64,000 nt of DNA. Source: Octopus sinensis (lineage: Eukaryota). Made by a program: the position numbers and the translations under genes. Every line of letters begins with the position of its first letter. Positions within the stretch are counted from its first letter, which is position 1. This document shows, one piece after another, positions 38,503 to 51,095 of this stretch. The notes below the pieces were generated by a model. The model was not told the origin of the DNA and ran no database searches. It saw only the letters and a list, made by a program, of their open reading frames with translations. The DNA lies in NCBI RefSeq assembly GCF_006345805.1, contig NC_042999.1, positions 80,042,001 to 80,106,000 on the forward strand. The letters are read 5' to 3'.

Positions 38503-39895
38503 ATACATAAATAAAACACAGGACAAAAAATGAAAAGCCGATAAATAGATGAAAATAAAAATAATATTGGTGAAACTAGGAGGGAAAATATATATGTACA
38601 TGGGGATTAATATTATAGAGCGAGAGAAAAAGAGAGAAATTGTGAGAGAGGGCATTATCTATTCATATATTTTTGTCATATATTACTATACACATATACA
38701 CACTACATATATAAACGGATACACACATATATGTGTGTGCGTGTGCGTATATGTATAACTTTCACCTATTGTCTGTATGTACATATATGTATGTATATAT
38801 GTATGTACTTATACGTTAGCACAAACACATATGCAAGAATATATTCGTATATTATTCCTGTTTTCCTCCAACCCACTTCTAGTTTGGTACGTATAATTTG
38901 TTTTTTGTTTGTTTTACAATCCAAATTGCTATTCACTCTGATAATCTCCTTTGGGAAAAACATTTTGATTAGTTCCCGTCTATTGTTCTTTCATGTCATT
39001 CACGTTTGCGTTTTTCATTTTTATTTTCCCTCTTGCTTTTTCTCATCTCTTTTTCTTTATCAGATATGTTATCCTCGTCCTCTTCCTCATCTGATATTTT
39101 ACATATTTTCCACCATTTTCTTTTCTGTTATTTTTCTCTTTTAACGTCCATCTTTATCAGTACCACCCATGTATTTCTTGCTTATATTTTGTTGTAATCC
39201 ATTTTTTTGTCATATTTTACTCCAGGATTTCGTTTCCACATTTGTCTTTTATTATTATATATCATAATTATTAATATTATTATTATCAATTTCTATATTA
39301 TTATTTTTATTTTTAATATTGTTGTTGCTATTTCCTTCAACAGCCAGCTACTATCATCAGATATCTTCACTTTACATCGTTGATATACTTAGCAATTTCA
39401 AATGTTTGTGGAACAAATATACATGTTTATTTTTCCTCGAATTATCTTCTTGTTTTCGGGCGTTTTCCCTTTTATTTTTTTCATTTTGTAAATCTTGTTT
39501 CGTATATTTTGCTAATAATGTACATAATATGTTTCTACTCTTCACATGCATGTATATGTGTATGGGTGTGTGATAAATGAATATATATGTACATATATAA
39601 TTACACACACACACGTATGTACGTACATATATGGTGTGTATGTAAATATATGCATGTTTGTTGTATATATAAATATATATATATATAAATATATGTATAT
39701 ATAAAATACTATATACATAAATATATATATACACACGCACAAGCATATGTATTATATATAATATATATATATATATATATTATATATATTATACATACAT
39801 ATACATATATGTATGTATACATATATACATTTATATATGTGTATGTACGTAACATACTGTGTGTATTGCCTCCTAAGATAGAGTTTTCACACACG

Positions 39896-39938
<43 letters not shown>

Positions 39939-39955
39939 TATATAGTATCTATGTA

Positions 39956-40001
<46 letters not shown>

Positions 40002-40110
40002 TATAATACATATAGGTATGTATATATGTATATGTGTATATATATATATATATTATTATGTATATATATATTATATATGTAAATATATATATATATTTAT
40101 ATATATATAG

Positions 40111-40155
<45 letters not shown>

Positions 40156-40662
40156 TTCCTAAGATAGAATTTTCTAGTCTTATTTTATTATTTGTTTTCT
40201 TTGCCTTTAGAGATCTACCTTTCGTTTCGGCGGTTTATTATTTGTTGCTTTTGTTTCTTTTTTTTAATCATTGCTTTCACGTGGGTGTCCTTGCATATAT
40301 GCATCTCTAGTGATAGATATGCATGTGTAAGTGCAAAATACGTATGCGTGTTGGTATATAAATATATATACATATATATATGATATAATATGATATGATA
40401 TATGATATCTATATATATATATACACACATGCATACATACATACATGCATACAGACAGACAGACAGACAGATAGATAGATAGATACATACATACATACAT
40501 ACATACATACATACATACATAAATAGATAGGTTTGTATGCGTGCATAAACTAAACGCCGTACATTTTGCATTTCGTCTTTTGCAATTTCTACGTGTGTTT
40601 GTGTTAATATATATATATATATATATATATCGTATATAATATATATATATATATATATATAA

Positions 40663-40695
<33 letters not shown>

Positions 40696-40879
40696 AATTT
40701 ATATAGATACATATATACATATTATATACATCACAAATATAAATATATCTGTGTTTGTACTGTGTTGTACTTGTTTGTACATGTTTTAGTGATTTTTACA
40801 TCGCAAAATACAGGCGTTAGCTAAATATCGAAATGCATCGCACTTGTGTTACTGCTGTGGTGACTAAATATATCCTTAT

Positions 40880-41172
40880 GATGAAGATGATGATGATGAT
40901 GATGATGATAATAATAATAATAATTATTATTATTATTATTATCATTATTATTATTATCATTATTATTATTATTGTTATTATTATTATTATTATTATCATT
41001 ATTATTATTATTATCATTATTATTATTATTATTGTTATTATATTATTATATATTATTATTGTTATTATATTATTATTATTATTATTATCATAATCATATA
41101 TTATTATTATATTATTATTATTATTATTAATTATTATTATTATTATTATTATTGTTGTTGTTGTTGTTGTTT
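40880..41172. repeat. (GAT)/(TAA)/(TTA)/(TTG) trinucleotide block
   Basis: Direct reading. Confidence 0.9.
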
Positions 41173-41204
41173 TGTTGTTATTTCAAATTTTTGCCACAAT
41201 GGCA

Positions 41205-41361
41205 GCATGGGCCCCGGTGTTGAACTGGTACTTATTTTATCGACTTCCCCGAAAGGATGAAAGGCAAAGTCGACCTCGGCAGAATTTTAACTCGGAACAT
41301 GCAGATAGACGAAGTGCCGCAATGCACTTTGCCCGACATTCTAACCATTCTGCCAACTCGC
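41205..41361 (-). mobile_element. SINE family 2, degenerate, tail-less
   Basis: CGAAAGGATGAAAGGCAAAGTCGACCTCGGC...CTGCCAACTCGCC, followed by (TAC)/(TGC) repeats. Confidence 0.7.
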
Positions 41362-41373
41362 CAATAACCATTG

Positions 41374-41459
<86 letters not shown>

Positions 41460-41905
41460 ATCATTATTATCGTGGTCATCATTGAGAGTCACCGTTATCA
41501 TCACTGTCATCATCGTCGTCGTCGTCGTCTTCTTCATCATCGTTGTCGTTTTTTGCATTATTAACATGTATAACAATAATAAACATTAATAATGCTTTCT
41601 GAATGATATTTCATTTTTTTTCAATTATTAAATGTAATACTATATGTAATACTATTTTTATTCATATAATTATCCTAATCAACATCAAGACAGATAAGAC
41701 TTAATCCTTTTTGGCCACTATTGATATCGGCGCTTTCTAAAATTGCATATAAATAATGGTTATCGCCATTTCAATATAGATTATTCCGTAAAACCGATGT
41801 TAATACAGTTTTTAACTCCTGGTGGAGCCTCCTCCAGTGGTTATCGATGCAATCTGCACCCGATATATATTTCAAGCAATACACACACACACGCACACAC
41901 ACACA

Positions 41906-41982
<77 letters not shown>

Positions 41983-42012
41983 CATACACATTCACACTCA
42001 CATATATATATA

Positions 42013-42459
42013 TACTCTTCTACTCTTTACTCTTTTACTTGTTTCAGTCATTTGACTGCGGCCATGCTGGAGCACCGCCTTAATCGAGCAATTCGACCCC
42101 AGGACTTATTCTTTTGTAAGCCATACTTATTCTATCGGTCTCTTTGCGAACCGCATGTTATGGGGACGTAAACACACCAGCATCGGTTGTCAAGCAATGC
42201 TAGGGGGACAAACACAGACACACAAACACCACACATATATATATATATATATTATTATAATATAATATATAGATATATATATATATATATTAGACCTATA
42301 TACGACGGGCTTCTTTCAGTTTCCGTCTACCAAATCCACTCACAAGGCTTTGGTCGGCCCGAGGCTATAGTAGAAGACACTTGCCCAAGGTGCCACGCAG
42401 TGGGACTGAACCCGGAACCATGTGGTTGGTAAACAAGCTACTTACCACACAGCCACTCC
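42013..42459 (-). mobile_element. SINE family 1, full length
   Basis: Complete reverse complement of the family consensus seen at 3333 and 48543. Confidence 0.9.
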
Positions 42460-43096
42460 TACTCTTTTACTTGTTTCAGTCATTTGACTGCGGCCATGCT
42501 GGAGCACTGGCATTAGTCGAGCAAATCGCCCCCAGGACTTATTCTTTGTTAGCCTAGTACTTATTCTATTGGTCTCTTTTGCCGAACTGCTAAGTTACGG
42601 GGACGTAAACACACCAGCATCGGTTGTCAAGCGATGTTGGGGGGGGGCAAACACAGACACACGAACATATACACACACACATATATATCTATAATATAAA
42701 TTGGACATGGGTGATCATTGCATTCTTTCTTGTGTTGAGATTCACAGCCAAACGGTTGGGTGGATTCGCGTGAAAAATGGCACTCATGTGGAGACAGGTG
42801 CATAGATTGGAATGCAGTTTGTTGGGTTTTTTCTAGCCCCTATACTTACCGAGAAAATCGATTAAAACTTTTCTAATGGAATTTCCCTCTTTATTCTGCC
42901 ATTAAAACAACCAGTTGCTTAGAACCTGTTTTCTGATGGGGTGGGATCAGGAAATTTTCATATAGCTGGAGGCTCCAATCGAAACAGGTGACCCGAAATG
43001 ATAAGGTTGACAAACGCTGTTATAGATTATGCCTAACCGAAAATGATCACAGCCACATCATCCAAACAGACCGGTGAAACCGAGCTTAGCTGCTAG

Positions 43097-43134
<38 letters not shown>

Positions 43135-43685
43135 ATATATATATCTCTATATATATATATATATATATAATCTATATATTATATATATAGATATATAGAT
43201 ATAATTAAAAAAATAGTTATATAATAAAAAAATAATAAATAAATAAAATAATAATAAATATATATATATATTTAAAATTTATAAGTTTAAATTATTAATT
43301 TAAATAATTTTAAAAATCTTAACTTTAATTTAAATATTTTAATTTGGAATTTTATATTTTATTAATTAATTTTATTTCTATGTATTGGCTTATGATTTTC
43401 ACTGCTTGATTTGCCTAATAGTGGTTTTATCTCTAATTTAATATAATATAATATATATATATATAGATCAATAAATGGTGGGTTTGTGTTGACACAAATA
43501 AAAAAAAAAATTTTTAATTTAAAAAAAAAAATTTTTCCTTACTATATATATATACACATATTTACGACGGGCTTCTTTCAGTTTCCGTCAACCAAATCCA
43601 CTCACCCAGCTTTGGTCGGCCCGAGGCTATAGTAGAAGACACTTGCCCAATGTGCCACGTAGTGGGACTGAACCCGGAACTATGT
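42460..43685 (-). mobile_element. SINE family 1 copy split by nested insertions (3' half 42460-42685, 5' half 43562-43685)
   Basis: Both halves match the family; the break falls at the internal (TA)n tract. Confidence 0.8.
42686..43096 (-). mobile_element. Helitron/Helentron-like non-autonomous element
   Basis: The minus strand starts TACTAGCAG..CTCGGTTTCACCGG and ends ...TTTATATTATAGAT within (TA)n. This end pattern resembles microsatellite-associated Helitron derivatives; no coding evidence. Confidence 0.4.
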
Positions 43686-43923
43686 AAATACACACACACA
43701 TGCGCGCGCACACAGACATACAGACACATACACACATATGCACCCACCACATATATATATTAGAGCGTTGTAGTTCGCTTGAAGCATTGAAATATCGAAG
43801 AAGCTAAAAAGAGAGAAAATAGAAAGCTCCTGACAATGCATCAAGTTTAATAAAACCTTTATATTTCAGGCGTAAAGCCCATTTTCGGAAGTAAAATATA
43901 TCTGTCTGAGAAAAGTCCAGTCC

Positions 43924-44157
43924 ATTCCGTTAATCCATTCAGTGGTTGGTGAATGGCCTACAACACTCGGACAGCCGGCAACATTACTACTACTACTACT
44001 ACTACTACTATACTACTGCTTCTACTACTATAACTCTGTCACACTACAGATGGCGAGTAGCAACAGTTGGGAGTTTGTTTACACCAACGTGTAGAACGTC
44101 GATTACACCTACTTTTCGTGAGACTGCTGCATAAGCATCTGTGGTGTTACGGCATTA

Positions 44158-44201
<44 letters not shown>

Positions 44202-44268
44202 TAGTAGTAGTGCCGGCTGTCCGAGTGTTGTAGGCCATTCACAATCTACTGAATTGATTAACGGAACC
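43924..44268. repeat. Inverted repeat with (TAC)/(GTA) microsatellite inside the arms
   Basis: TTCCGTTAATCCATTCAG..GAATGGCCTACAACACTCGGACAGCCGGCA pairs with TGCCGGCTGTCCGAGTGTTGTAGGCCATTCAC..GATTAACGGAA. Inner ACAGATG/CATCTGT close an ~85-bp loop. Confidence 0.85.
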
Positions 44269-44269
44269 T

Positions 44270-44487
44270 ACGTGAGGGGGTGCTGGAAAGTTAATCGCTT
44301 TGGTTAAAAGAAGATACAAGAGGATCAGTTAATTATGATTTTATTCAACGTATTCCCCTCTCAGATTCACGCATCGCAACGGTCCTTCAGTTTTTCTAAG
44401 CCCTGTAAAAGAACTCAGAAGGTTGAGCCTCCACCCAGGCCTTTCGCGACACCCTTAAATCCAGGAACTTTTCAGCATCTCCTCGTG
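44270..44487 (-). mobile_element. Mariner-derived MITE, second copy
   Basis: Reverse complement of the 26003 copy; TIR-like GAGGGGGTGCTGGAAAGTT / AACTTTTCAGCATCTCCTCG. Confidence 0.75.
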
Positions 44488-44495
44488 TGTGTGTG

Positions 44496-44529
<34 letters not shown>

Positions 44530-44532
44530 TAT

Positions 44533-44577
<45 letters not shown>

Positions 44578-44587
44578 TATATATAAT

Positions 44588-45450
44588 ATATTAAAGGAAT
44601 CAGGATAGAACCTTCTCCAGCATGCTGAAAGATGACGCCAAAGGCGCTAAAAAAAGCCCTGTAACTCCTACAAAATACAGGTTGTGGGCGGGCAAATGAA
44701 AAATTCTAAATAAAACTTCACAATAAATTGTGTTTTTGGTCCAATTTCGGGATTAAAGCAGTAAAAAGAGCTTATTTCCCATCAGCACAATATTCGAAGA
44801 AGAAATTCACAAATACTTATACATACCCATACGAAGCAAATGTGTACACCCATGTACAAATATCTGTGCTTATGAACCAGATAAAGTCAGATTTTTATTG
44901 ATATGCTCATACATATAATTATTAATTTAGTATATAAAAATTATATATGCGATTATTAATTTTGTATAAAAATTACCTACAAGGTTTTATTTCATGCTGG
45001 CCATTCGATATAATCAACTGGATTTTATCTGAGTTCGATTAAGAATAAATAACGAAATGTTTTTGCTCCTTTGCTCCTGATTGAAATCGCGTTTTCTACG
45101 AGGCTATTTCAAAAAAAAAAAAACACGTTGCTAAAATGAAAGATAAAAATTTGACTTTTCCTGCTGTATAATCACAGATATTTGTATATGGACGTACGCC
45201 TTTACTTCGTATGGGTAATAATAAAGTATCTGTGATTATGTTCCTTTGAATAGTGTGTTGAGGATGAGAAATAAGCTCTTTTTATTGCTTTAATCCCGAA
45301 ATTGGACCAAATACACATATTTAGTATTTTTCATTTGTCCGCTCACAACCTTTGTTTTGTAGGAGTTACACAGTGTTTTTTTTTTTAGTGCTTTTGGCGT
45401 CTTCTTTCAGCATGTTGGAGAAGGTTTTTTTTTCCTGATACCTTTAATAT
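44588..45450. mobile_element. Foldback/MITE-like element with ~310-bp imperfect TIRs, flanked by (TA)n
   Basis: 44588-44896 is the reverse complement of ~45145-45450 (for example CCAATTTCGGGATTAAAGCA / TGCTTTAATCCCGAAATTGG). Confidence 0.85.
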
Positions 45451-45473
45451 AATATATAAATAATATATATATA

Positions 45474-45527
<54 letters not shown>

Positions 45528-46208
45528 ATAGTATAATTATTAACTTAGTATATAATTACCTAGACTGTTTATTTCACGCTGGCTATTCGAATAATCATTT
45601 ACGTAATTTTATCTTGAATTCTGTTAAAATAAATAAATAATACTAATAATAAAACAACCAACAACAACAACAACAACAACAAACAATAATAATAAAATAA
45701 TAAATTCATATCATTACATACTGCTTAAATATACGATAAGTACAAAATATAATATATATAAATTAATTTATCATATCTATATATATATAATATATATACC
45801 GATATATATATATATATACATATATAATGTATGTATTATTAAAAAGCAGTAACAATATCACAAAAACTGTTACAGTTTCACGTCCCCGCTCGTCAGACGA
45901 CGAACGGGAATGCATTCATAAATACATATATATGCATGCATATAAATACGCACACATACACACACATGTATATGCGCGCGTTTGTGTGTATTTATATGCG
46001 TGTATACATATGTATTCATGAATGCATGTACCTATGTATAGAGGTATGCACGTATGTGTGTTATACTCGATGTCACGACCGTCTTCGCGTTTAATGGCAA
46101 TAATTAAAGATTTTTTCATATTTCCTTCTGATTAAACTCGAACACATTTTCAATATAGCAGTGTTGAAAAAAATATCTTCCCCATCTCTCTGTTTATATG
46201 CACATACA

Positions 46209-46239
<31 letters not shown>

Positions 46240-46246
46240 GTATATA

Positions 46247-46298
<52 letters not shown>

Positions 46299-46454
46299 TC
46301 ATAGATCTAGATATGGATCAGTATACCGTGTGATAATCACAGTTTCCGTCGGTTGTTAAGTAAGAAACATTTTGATCGATAAATGTTAAAGAGCTGGCCA
46401 ATATTATCAACATTCCTCAGATAACATTCTTCCATTCTGCTTTTTTCCGAGAGG

Positions 46455-46810
<356 letters not shown>

Positions 46811-47088
46811 ATTGTTATTGGTATTGTTGTTTTTCATGTTCTGGTTATTTTAGATGCTGTTCTTTTTTTTTAATCCTTTATTGTTGTCCGCTTTCAAGTC
46901 ATATTTTTTTGCTTCTTTTTTGTTTTTTTTTTTTGTTTTTTTTGCTACTGCCGTTATTGTTATCACACTTTTCACTGGTATTTTTTTTTATTCTATTGTA
47001 ATACTACACGCATCTCTACATGTTTCAGACAGTATGTGTTTGTATTGATTTAGTTATATTGCTGTTGTTGTTGTTGTCGTCGTCGTCG

Positions 47089-47125
<37 letters not shown>

Positions 47126-47689
47126 AGGCTGTGCTCGAGTATTTTTTTTAATGTTAGATGTATTTGTCTCGTATCATCAAGCAAAACTGTTTATTCTATG
47201 ATATGCCGATACGTGTAATGTCTAACTCATACAGCACCTGCAAGTACGATCCTCCTTATTACTCTTCATACCTAATCCTGATATCATTATAAAGATCGAT
47301 TCGACTTTTTATTCCACATATTTATTTTATTTCTAGGTTTCCGAAGTGAAGAAGGAACCTCTACATGTTCTCCCGATCTGCTAGAAATAGTCGCCGAATC
47401 TCCCTCAAATGACGACCTACCATCTTAAAAACAATAATGAATCTCGCCTTGGACAATGTATTTCTACAAACACTATATATAATGAAAAGAGTGGACGGTC
47501 AAAGCATGATATAGCTTCAGTCATAGGTCTGCTGGGTCAGGATTGAAACGAAGCTTGATAATGGCACAACACCTGTCTTTATAATTTGTTTCATTTCACA
47601 TTTATTTCTTCATTCAACTCAATCTTTCTCTTATTGAATCAATATTTGTATATTTGTTCTTAACACGTCTAGGAGGGTTCTGTATTCAG

Positions 47690-48130
47690 ACGACCTCATC
47701 CAGTGTGGCCCAATAAGTCCAACGGCAAAGAGGTGAAAACCCGTCTCTGTATGTCCCTTGTAGTGCTTATTGCTATCTATGCGTGCGAGACGTGGAAAAG
47801 CACAGCTAGCATCATCAACAAATTGGGCGTCTTCCATAGGCGATGCTAATGAAGATGTCATGGGGGCTTCTCTCAAACACCGTCAAGAAGCGAAGATTGC
47901 GATTCATTGGACATATAATACGTCTATCGGAACATAGCTTGCCACACACTTCATTGACATGGACACCGGCTGGGAACAAACGAGGGAGAGGAAGACCACT
48001 CCAAAACTGGCGCAGTGCTCTCCGCGAGGGCTTACAGAAACTTCAGTCGACCTGGACTGATATAGAAGCGGCTGCAGCAGAGCGCACCCAGTGAAGGCAA
48101 CTCTTGGCGAAATTTTCAGGGGGAACTGAA
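47690..48130 (+). pseudogene. Old RTE-clade LINE 3' fragment
   Basis: KTRLCMSLVVLIAIYACETW and VKKRRLRFIGHIIRL..LTWTPAGNKRGRGRP..W are typical of RTE C-terminal regions. Confidence 0.8.
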
Positions 48131-48542
48131 ACCAAGACAGAGCAGGTTCAGACATAAAACATGCTGGATGTTGTAGTGTATGTCTAAAGAGAATAACTTA
48201 TCCCATTTAGACAACAGCTGTTCAGCACACTCATCTCATTGGTGCACGGTGGTCGGGGACACTGGTATTCCGTTATGTTATGTCTCGTCAGTTAGAAGTT
48301 ACCAGGACTTTGGGACTAACAAAAATCATTGACTTTGTTTATGCCTTTAGCGAACAGAATTGTTTGAACGATGCTTATATCTGCCAATCGATGAAAAATC
48401 GCTGATCGCACCGTCTACGGCGAGCTCATAAAGGAAAACACCTTTGTCTAACAGAAAGAAATTCTTCACCTAGAACATACCCTAGAGCTCCCAACGTATT
48501 TTACATTTGCCTGAACATATTAACAAGAAATACACAAGAAAT

Positions 48543-48988
48543 AGGCCAGGAGTGGCTGTGTGGGAAGTAGCTTGCTTACCAGCCATGTGGTTCTAGGTTA
48601 AGTCCCACTACGTGGCATCTGGGGCAAGTGTCTTCTACTATAGCCTCAGACCGACCAAACCCTTGTGAGTGGATTTGGTAGACGGAAACCGAAAGAAGCC
48701 CGTGGTATATATATATATATATATATATATACCACGGGCTTCTTATATATATATATAATATATATATATATGTTTGTGTGTTTGTGTGTGTGTGTATGTG
48801 TTTGTCCCCCCAACATCGCTTGACAACCGATGCTGGTGGGTTTACGTTCCCATAACTTAGCAGCTCGGTAAAAGAGACCGATAGAATAAGTACTAGGCTT
48901 ACAAAGAATAAGTCCTGGGGTCGATTTTCTCGACTAAAGGCGGTGCTCCAGCATGGCCGCAGTCAAATGACTGAAGCAAGTAAAAGAG
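48543..48988 (+). mobile_element. SINE family 1, full length, with an internal fold-back
   Basis: Matches the family; extra inverted 13-mer after the internal (TA)n. Confidence 0.9.
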
Positions 48989-49306
48989 ATATTCATTCCA
49001 GATCTCACTGTTGACGGTACAAACAACAATTTTGATCTTAGAGGTTTTTCTGTATTTCTGTATTGTTATATTTTAGACCGACTAGAGCTACAATAATGTT
49101 AATGGTCTGAAATTTTGGCAGAAGAAAGTGCTCATCAATTATTTCAACACCAGAGCTCAACTAGTGCTTATTTTATCGACTACTAAAGAATGACAGACAA
49201 AATCGACCTCTGTGGAATTTGAACTCAGTACATAAAGATGGAAGAAATTTCACTAAACATTTTGTCCTGCGTGCTAACGATCATGTCATTCGATTAATGT
49301 TCAAAA

Positions 49307-49537
49307 GGCGGCGAACTGGCAGACACGTTAGCACGCCGGGCGAAATGCGTAGCCGTATTTCGTCTGTCGTTACGTTCCGAGTTCAAATTCCGCCGAAGTC
49401 GACTTTGCCTTTCATCCTTTCGGGGTCGATAAATTAAGTACCAGCTACGCACTGGGGTCGATATAATCGACTTAATCCCTTTGTCTGTCCTTGTTTGTCC
49501 CCTCTATGTTTAGCCCCTTGTGGGCAATAAAGAAATA
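49307..49537 (+). mobile_element. tRNA-derived SINE family 2, full length, with a 25-bp TSD
   Basis: Head GGCGGCGAACTGGCAGACACGTTAGC, B-box-like GAGTTCAAATTCC, tail TTTGTCCCCTCT...AATAAAGAAATA. Flanking repeats at 49282-49306 and 49538-49562. Confidence 0.92.
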
Positions 49538-50725
49538 CATGCCATTCGATTAATGTTCAAAATTATACTATGCATTATCAACAAGAGTCGTGATTGAGAG
49601 AATATGTAAATTATGTGGGTTGTCGGCGGAGGAATGTCACTGAAGATTGCGTTTTGCATCAAAATGAGTCAGGTTGTCTGAACCGATTCTTGTTCACCTA
49701 ATAGCTACGTAGTGATGAATTAAACTTAGCTAACGAACAACTCGTTAATTTATAAATTGTAAAAGAGGAAAGATTTAATCAGCTACCTCATAACTAACGA
49801 GATTGTAAAGAAAACAAAATGAGAGACCGTTTTGTTTTATTAACTATTCTATGCAATCATTTAATCTTTAAATGCTAGGGCCTTACAAACCGTTATATTG
49901 TCCCACAGACGGGCGTTATTGCAAGGAAGTTAGTTCCAAAATGATCGGTTTTCGGTTTTCTCGCTGATATTTTCCAAACTTCGCCGATACACGTCTGCGA
50001 AAAACATACGAAGACACGTCAACGCACATGCCCGCGCATGCACATATGCGCGCGCTTACACAGACACACGCGTGCCCGCACGGACGCACACACAAACACA
50101 GAAATACATATACTGTGTGTGTATTTGTGCTTACAGAGAGACAAAGAAAGGGAAGGAGACAGAGGAGTAGATAGATAAGCTGAGTAGACTATTCCACTTT
50201 CTTTCTCTATCTCGCTTTCTCTCTGTCTGTCTGTCTGTCTCTCTCTTTCTCTTGCTCTCGCGCTCTCTATCCGTCTATATATACATACATGCATATATAC
50301 ATTTGCGAGTGTATGTATATATAACAACACAAACACACACACACACATTAATGACGGGTTTTCGTACAGGTTCCGTTTACCAAATTCTGCGAAGAAGGTA
50401 TTCGTCACAGTCCTAGAAACCTGCCCCGGATGCTATCGTCGTGACCGGATCTCTGATCTTCGGAGTTATGAAGCAATTATTTTTTTAAAGTTACTCTCTC
50501 TTCCCACCACTTTATCAATGAACCTTTCATTCTTAATGTTTTTTTCTTATCCAAGGCAATTCTGTTTCTTCTATTCACAAATTGTTCCTTACTAGGGTAT
50601 TTGATGTTTGATTAGTGTACTGCATTTCCTTTGTAACTACATAAATTTGGACTCGCCAGATTCCGTTCCGATATCCATAGTATATTCGGCGATGATGTAT
50701 TCAATAATTTCTTGAAATTACACAT

Positions 50726-51095
50726 AGGCGCAGGAGTGGCCGTGTGGTAAGTAGCTTGCTAACCAACCACATGGTTCCGGGTTCAGTCCCACTGCGTGGC
50801 ATCTTGGGCAAGTGTCTTGTGAGTGGATTTGGTAGACGGAAACTGAAAGAAGCCTGTCGTATATATGTATATATATATGTATGCGTGTGTGTTTGTGTTT
50901 GTCCCCCGAGCATTGCTTGACAACCAATGCTGGTGTGCTTATGTCCCCGTCACTTAGCGGTTCGGCAAAAAGAGACTGATAGAATAAGTACTGGGCTTAC
51001 AAAGAATAAGTCCCGGGGTCGATTTGCTCGACTAAAGGCGGTGCTCCAGCATGGCCGCAGTCGAATGACTGAAACAAGTAAAAGATAAAAAAAAA
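50726..51095 (+). mobile_element. SINE family 1 with an internal ~38-bp deletion
   Basis: CAAGTGTCTT is joined directly to GTGAGTGG; the missing segment is bounded by CTT repeats in the other copies. Confidence 0.88.
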
